Both the position numbers and the translations under genes were made by a program. A DNA stretch of 40,521 nucleotides. Source: Malacoraja senta (Eukaryota). How positions within the stretch are numbered: position 1 is the first letter of the stretch; every line of letters starts with the position of its first letter. Below the pieces are notes generated by a model. It had not been told where the DNA came from. It did no database searches and saw only the letters and a program-made list of their open reading frames with translations. Positions 37,201 through 40,521 of this stretch are shown piece after piece. The stretch is taken from positions 1-40,521 of the forward strand of contig JAXLNO010000443.1 of the NCBI GenBank assembly GCA_038087875.1. Direction: 5' to 3'.

Positions 37201-40200
37201 GCGACCTAGCCGGAAATGTGGCGACCTTGCCGGAAATGTGGCGACCCTGCTGGATTTGTGGCGACCTTGCCGGATTCATGGTGACCTTGCCGGAAATGTG
37301 GCGACCTTGCCGGATTTGTGGCGATCTTGCCGGATTTATGGCAGCCTTGCCCGGAATGTGGCGACCTTGCGGGATTTATGGCGACATTCCCGGATTAATG
37401 GCGACCTTGCCGGAAATGTGGTGACCTTGCCGCATTTGTGGCGACCTTGCCGGATTTATGGCGACCTTGCCGCAAATGTGGCGACCTTGCCGCAAATGTG
37501 GCGACCTTGCCGGATTTGCGGCGACGTTGTCTGATTTATGGCGACCTTGCCGGGAATGTGGCGATCTTGCCGGATTTATGGCGACATTACCGGACTAATG
37601 GCGACCTTGCCGGAAATGTGGCGACCTTGCCGGATTTTTGGCGACCTTGCCCGATTTATGGCGACATTGGCTGAAATGTGGCGACCTTGACGGATTTGTG
37701 GCGACCTTGACGGATTTATGGCGACCTTGCCGGGGATGTGGCGACCTTACCGGATTTGTGGCGACCTTGCCGGATTTATGGCGACCTTGCCGGAATTGTG
37801 GCGCCCTTGCGGTATTTGTGGCGACCTTGCCGGATTTATGGCGACCTTGCCGCAAATGTGGCGACCTTGCCGCAAATGTGGCGACCTTGCCGGATTTGTG
37901 GCGAAGTTGCCGGATTTATGGCGATCTTGCCGAAATGTTGCGACCTTGCCGGATTTATGGCGACCGTGCCGGAAATACGGCGACCTTACCGGAGTTATGG
38001 CGACTTTACAGATTTATGGCAAACTTGTCGGATTTATGGCGACTTTGTCGGAAATATGGCGACATCGCCGGAATTATGGCGACCTAGCCGGAAATATGGC
38101 GACCTCGCCGGATTTATGGCGACCTAGCCGGAAATATGGCGACCTTGCCGGGTTTATGGCGACCTTGCCGCATTTGTGGCGACCTTGCCGGATTTATGGT
38201 GATCTTGCCGGAAATATGGCGACATTGCCGGAAATGTGGCAACCTTGCCGGATTTGTGGCGACCTTGCCGGAAATGTGGCGACCTTGCCGGAAATGTGGC
38301 GACCCTGCTGGATTTGTGGCGACCTTGCCGGATTTATGGCGACATTGCCGGAAATGTGTCGACCTTGCCGAATTTGTGGCGACCTTGCCGGAAATGTGGC
38401 GACCTTGCCGGAAATGTGGCGACCCTTTTGGATTTGTGGCGACCTTGCCGGATTTATGGCGACCTTGCCGGAAATGTGGCGACCTTGCCGGATTTGTGGC
38501 GATCTTGCCGGATTTATGGCAGCCTTGCCCGGAATGTGACGACCTTGCCGGATTTATGGCGACATTCCCAGATTAATGGCGACCTTGCCGGAAATGTGGC
38601 GACCTTGCCGCATTTGTGGCGACCTTGCTGGATTTGTGGCGACCTTGCCGGATTTATGGCGACCTTGCCGGAAATGTGGCGACTTTGCCGGATTTGCGGC
38701 GACCTTATCTGATTTATGGCGACCTTGCCGGGAATGTGGCGACCTTGCCGGATTTATGGCGACATTCCCGGATTAATGGCGGCTTTGCCGGAAATGTGGC
38801 GACCTTGCCGGATTTTGGCGACCTTGCCCGATTTATGGCGACATTGGCTGAAATGTGGCGACCTTGACGGATTTGTGGCGACATTGACGGATTTATGGCG
38901 ACGTTGCCGGGGATGTGGCGACCTTACCGGATATGTGGCGACCTTGCCGGATATATGGCGACCTTGCCGGAATTTTGGCGACCTTGCCGTATTTGTGGCG
39001 ACCTTGCCGGATTTATGGCGACCTTGCCGCAAATGTGGCGACCTTGCCGCAAATGTGGCGACCTTGCCGGATTTGCGGCGACGTTGTCTGATTTATGGCG
39101 ACCTTGCCGGGAATGTGGCGACCTTGCCGGATTTATGGCGACATTCCCGGACTAATGGCGACCTTGCCGGAAATGTGGCGACCTTGCCGGATTTTTGGCG
39201 ACCTTGCCCGATTTATGGCGACATTGGCTGAAATGTGGCGACCTTGACGGATTTGTGGCGACCTTTACGGATTTATGGCGACCTTACCGGGATGTGGCGA
39301 CCTTACCGGATTTGTGGCGACCTTGCCGGATTTATGGCGACCTTGCCGGAATTGTGGCGACCTTGCGGTATTTGTGGCGACCTTGCCGGATTTATGGCGA
39401 CCTTGCCGCAAATGTGGCGACCTTGCCGCAAATGTGGCGACCTTGTCGCAAATGTGGCGACCTTGCCGGATTTGTGGCGAAGTTGCCGGATTTATGGCGA
39501 CCTTGCCGGAAATGTGGCGACCTTGCCGGACTTGTGGCGACCTTGCCGGATTCATGGCGACCTTGCCGGAAATGTGGCGACCTTGCCGGATTTGTGGCGA
39601 CGATGCCGGATTTCAGGCGATCTTGCCGAAATGTTGCGACCTTGCCGGATTTATGGCGACCGTGCCGGAAATACGGCGACCTTGCCGGAGTTATGGCGAC
39701 TTTACAGATTTATGGCAAACTTGTCGGATTTATGGCGACTTTGTCGGAAATATGGCGACATCGCCGGAATTATGGCGACCTAGCCGGAAATATGGCGACC
39801 TCGCCGGATTTATGGCGACCTAGCCGGAAATATGGCGACCTTGCCGGATTTATGGCGACCTTGCCGCCTTTGTGGCGACCTTGCCAGATTTATGGTGATC
39901 TTGCCGGAAATATGGCGACATTGCCGGAAATGTGGCAACCTTGCCGGATTTGTGGCGACCTTGCCGGAAATGTGGCGACCTTGCCGGAAATGTGGCGACC
40001 CTGCTGGATTTGTGGCGACCTTGCCGCAAATGTGGCGACTTGCCGGATTTGCGGCGACGTTGTCTGATTTATGGCGACCTTGCCGGGAATGTGGCGACCT
40101 TGCCGGATTTATGGCGACATTCCCGGACTAATGGCGACCTTGCCGGAAATGTGGCGACCTTGCCGGATTTTTGGCGACCTTGCCCGATTTATGGCGACAT

Positions 40201-40460
40201 TGGCTGAAATGTGGCGACCTTGACGGATTTGTGGCGACCTTGACGGATTTATGGCGACCTTACCGGGGATGTGGCGACCTTACCGGATTTGTGGCGACCT
40301 TGCCGGATTTATGGCGACCTTGCCTGTATTGTGGCGACCTTGCGGTATTTGTGGCGACCTTGCCGGATTTTATGGCGACCTTGCCGCAAATGTGGCGACC
40401 TTGCCGCAAATGTGGCAACCTTGCCGCAAATGTGGCGACCTTGCCGGATTTGTGGCGAAG
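34220..40460 (+). repeat. Distal satellite subfamily with interleaved duplications
   Basis: Recurrent CATTGGCTGAA, CGTTGTCTGA, CATTCCCGGACTAAT and runs of CCGCAAAT. Offsets are 441 (34342/34783), 1358 (34783/36141), 2556 (35162/37718, 35580/38136) and 2754 (36141/38895, 36521/39275). Confidence 0.8.
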
Positions 40461-40521
40461 TTGCCGGACTTGTAGGCGAACCTTGCCGGGATGTGGCGAC
40501 CTTTGCCGACTGTGGGCGACC

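Larger units (their letters stand above)
4470..40521 (+). repeat. 20-bp satellite, block 3 (36 kb uninterrupted, open at window end)
   Basis: Continuous same-orientation monomers. I saw no unique sequence or inversion. Confidence 0.98.

Noticed and set aside
1..40521. Hundreds of overlapping ORFs as real CDS (zinc-finger or nuclear-receptor-like CRICGD)
   Set aside because: The same peptide appears in all three frames, the DNA period (20) is not a multiple of 3, indels and stops are scattered freely, and the rest of a nuclear-receptor domain is missing.
1..40521. CRISPR array
   Set aside because: Repeats are directly adjacent, with no unique spacers, no leader and no cas genes. The embedded LINE indicates a vertebrate.
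1..40521. Similarity of GCCGGAT..GGCG to enterobacterial REP/BIME sequences
   Set aside because: The match is short and GC-rich. REPs form small intergenic clusters, often inverted, not 39-kb head-to-tail arrays, and no bacterial genes are present.
1..40521. Telomerase-made telomeric repeat
   Set aside because: The vertebrate telomere is TTAGGG. Kilobase-scale inherited variant patterns indicate recombinational amplification instead.
1..40521. Monomer derived from a ~10-bp direct sub-repeat, or a nucleosome-positioning signal
   Set aside because: The halves match at only about 5 of 9 positions, and the TT steps are 8 and 12 bp apart. This is too weak, and inverted symmetry explains the pattern better.
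40365..40521. Indel-rich terminal monomers as a biological array boundary
   Set aside because: Clustered single-base insertions at the very end look like low-coverage consensus error at a contig end, and no flanking unique DNA is present.

Overview
This is eukaryotic satellite DNA, not a gene-coding or prokaryotic region. About 97% of the window is one same-orientation tandem array of a GC-rich 20-bp monomer, consensus TGGCGACCTTGCCGGA(TT/AA)T(A/G), roughly 1,950-2,000 copies judged by length. Two retroposons interrupt it, both within 2.8-4.5 kb. The first is an ~873-bp minus-strand, non-coding, hairpin-rich element with AATAAA, a (TTGAA)4 tail, a Rex1/Babar-like 3' motif and an apparent 14-bp target-site duplication. 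It is the best candidate for something uncharacterised, possibly a non-autonomous or bipartite LINE derivative. The second is a ~220-bp 5'-truncated CR1-clade (HER1-like) LINE 3' end, which points to a cartilaginous-fish host, probably a skate or ray. Rare monomer variants reveal nested higher-order duplications (about 1.04, 7.6, 2.5, 2.155, 1.0 and 2.6-2.75 kb offsets) and traces of an older ~1.5-kb unit. The many ORFs in the track are artefacts of a stop-free 20-bp period. I found no real protein-coding gene, RNA gene or CRISPR array. Family assignments are from motif recognition only, with no database search.
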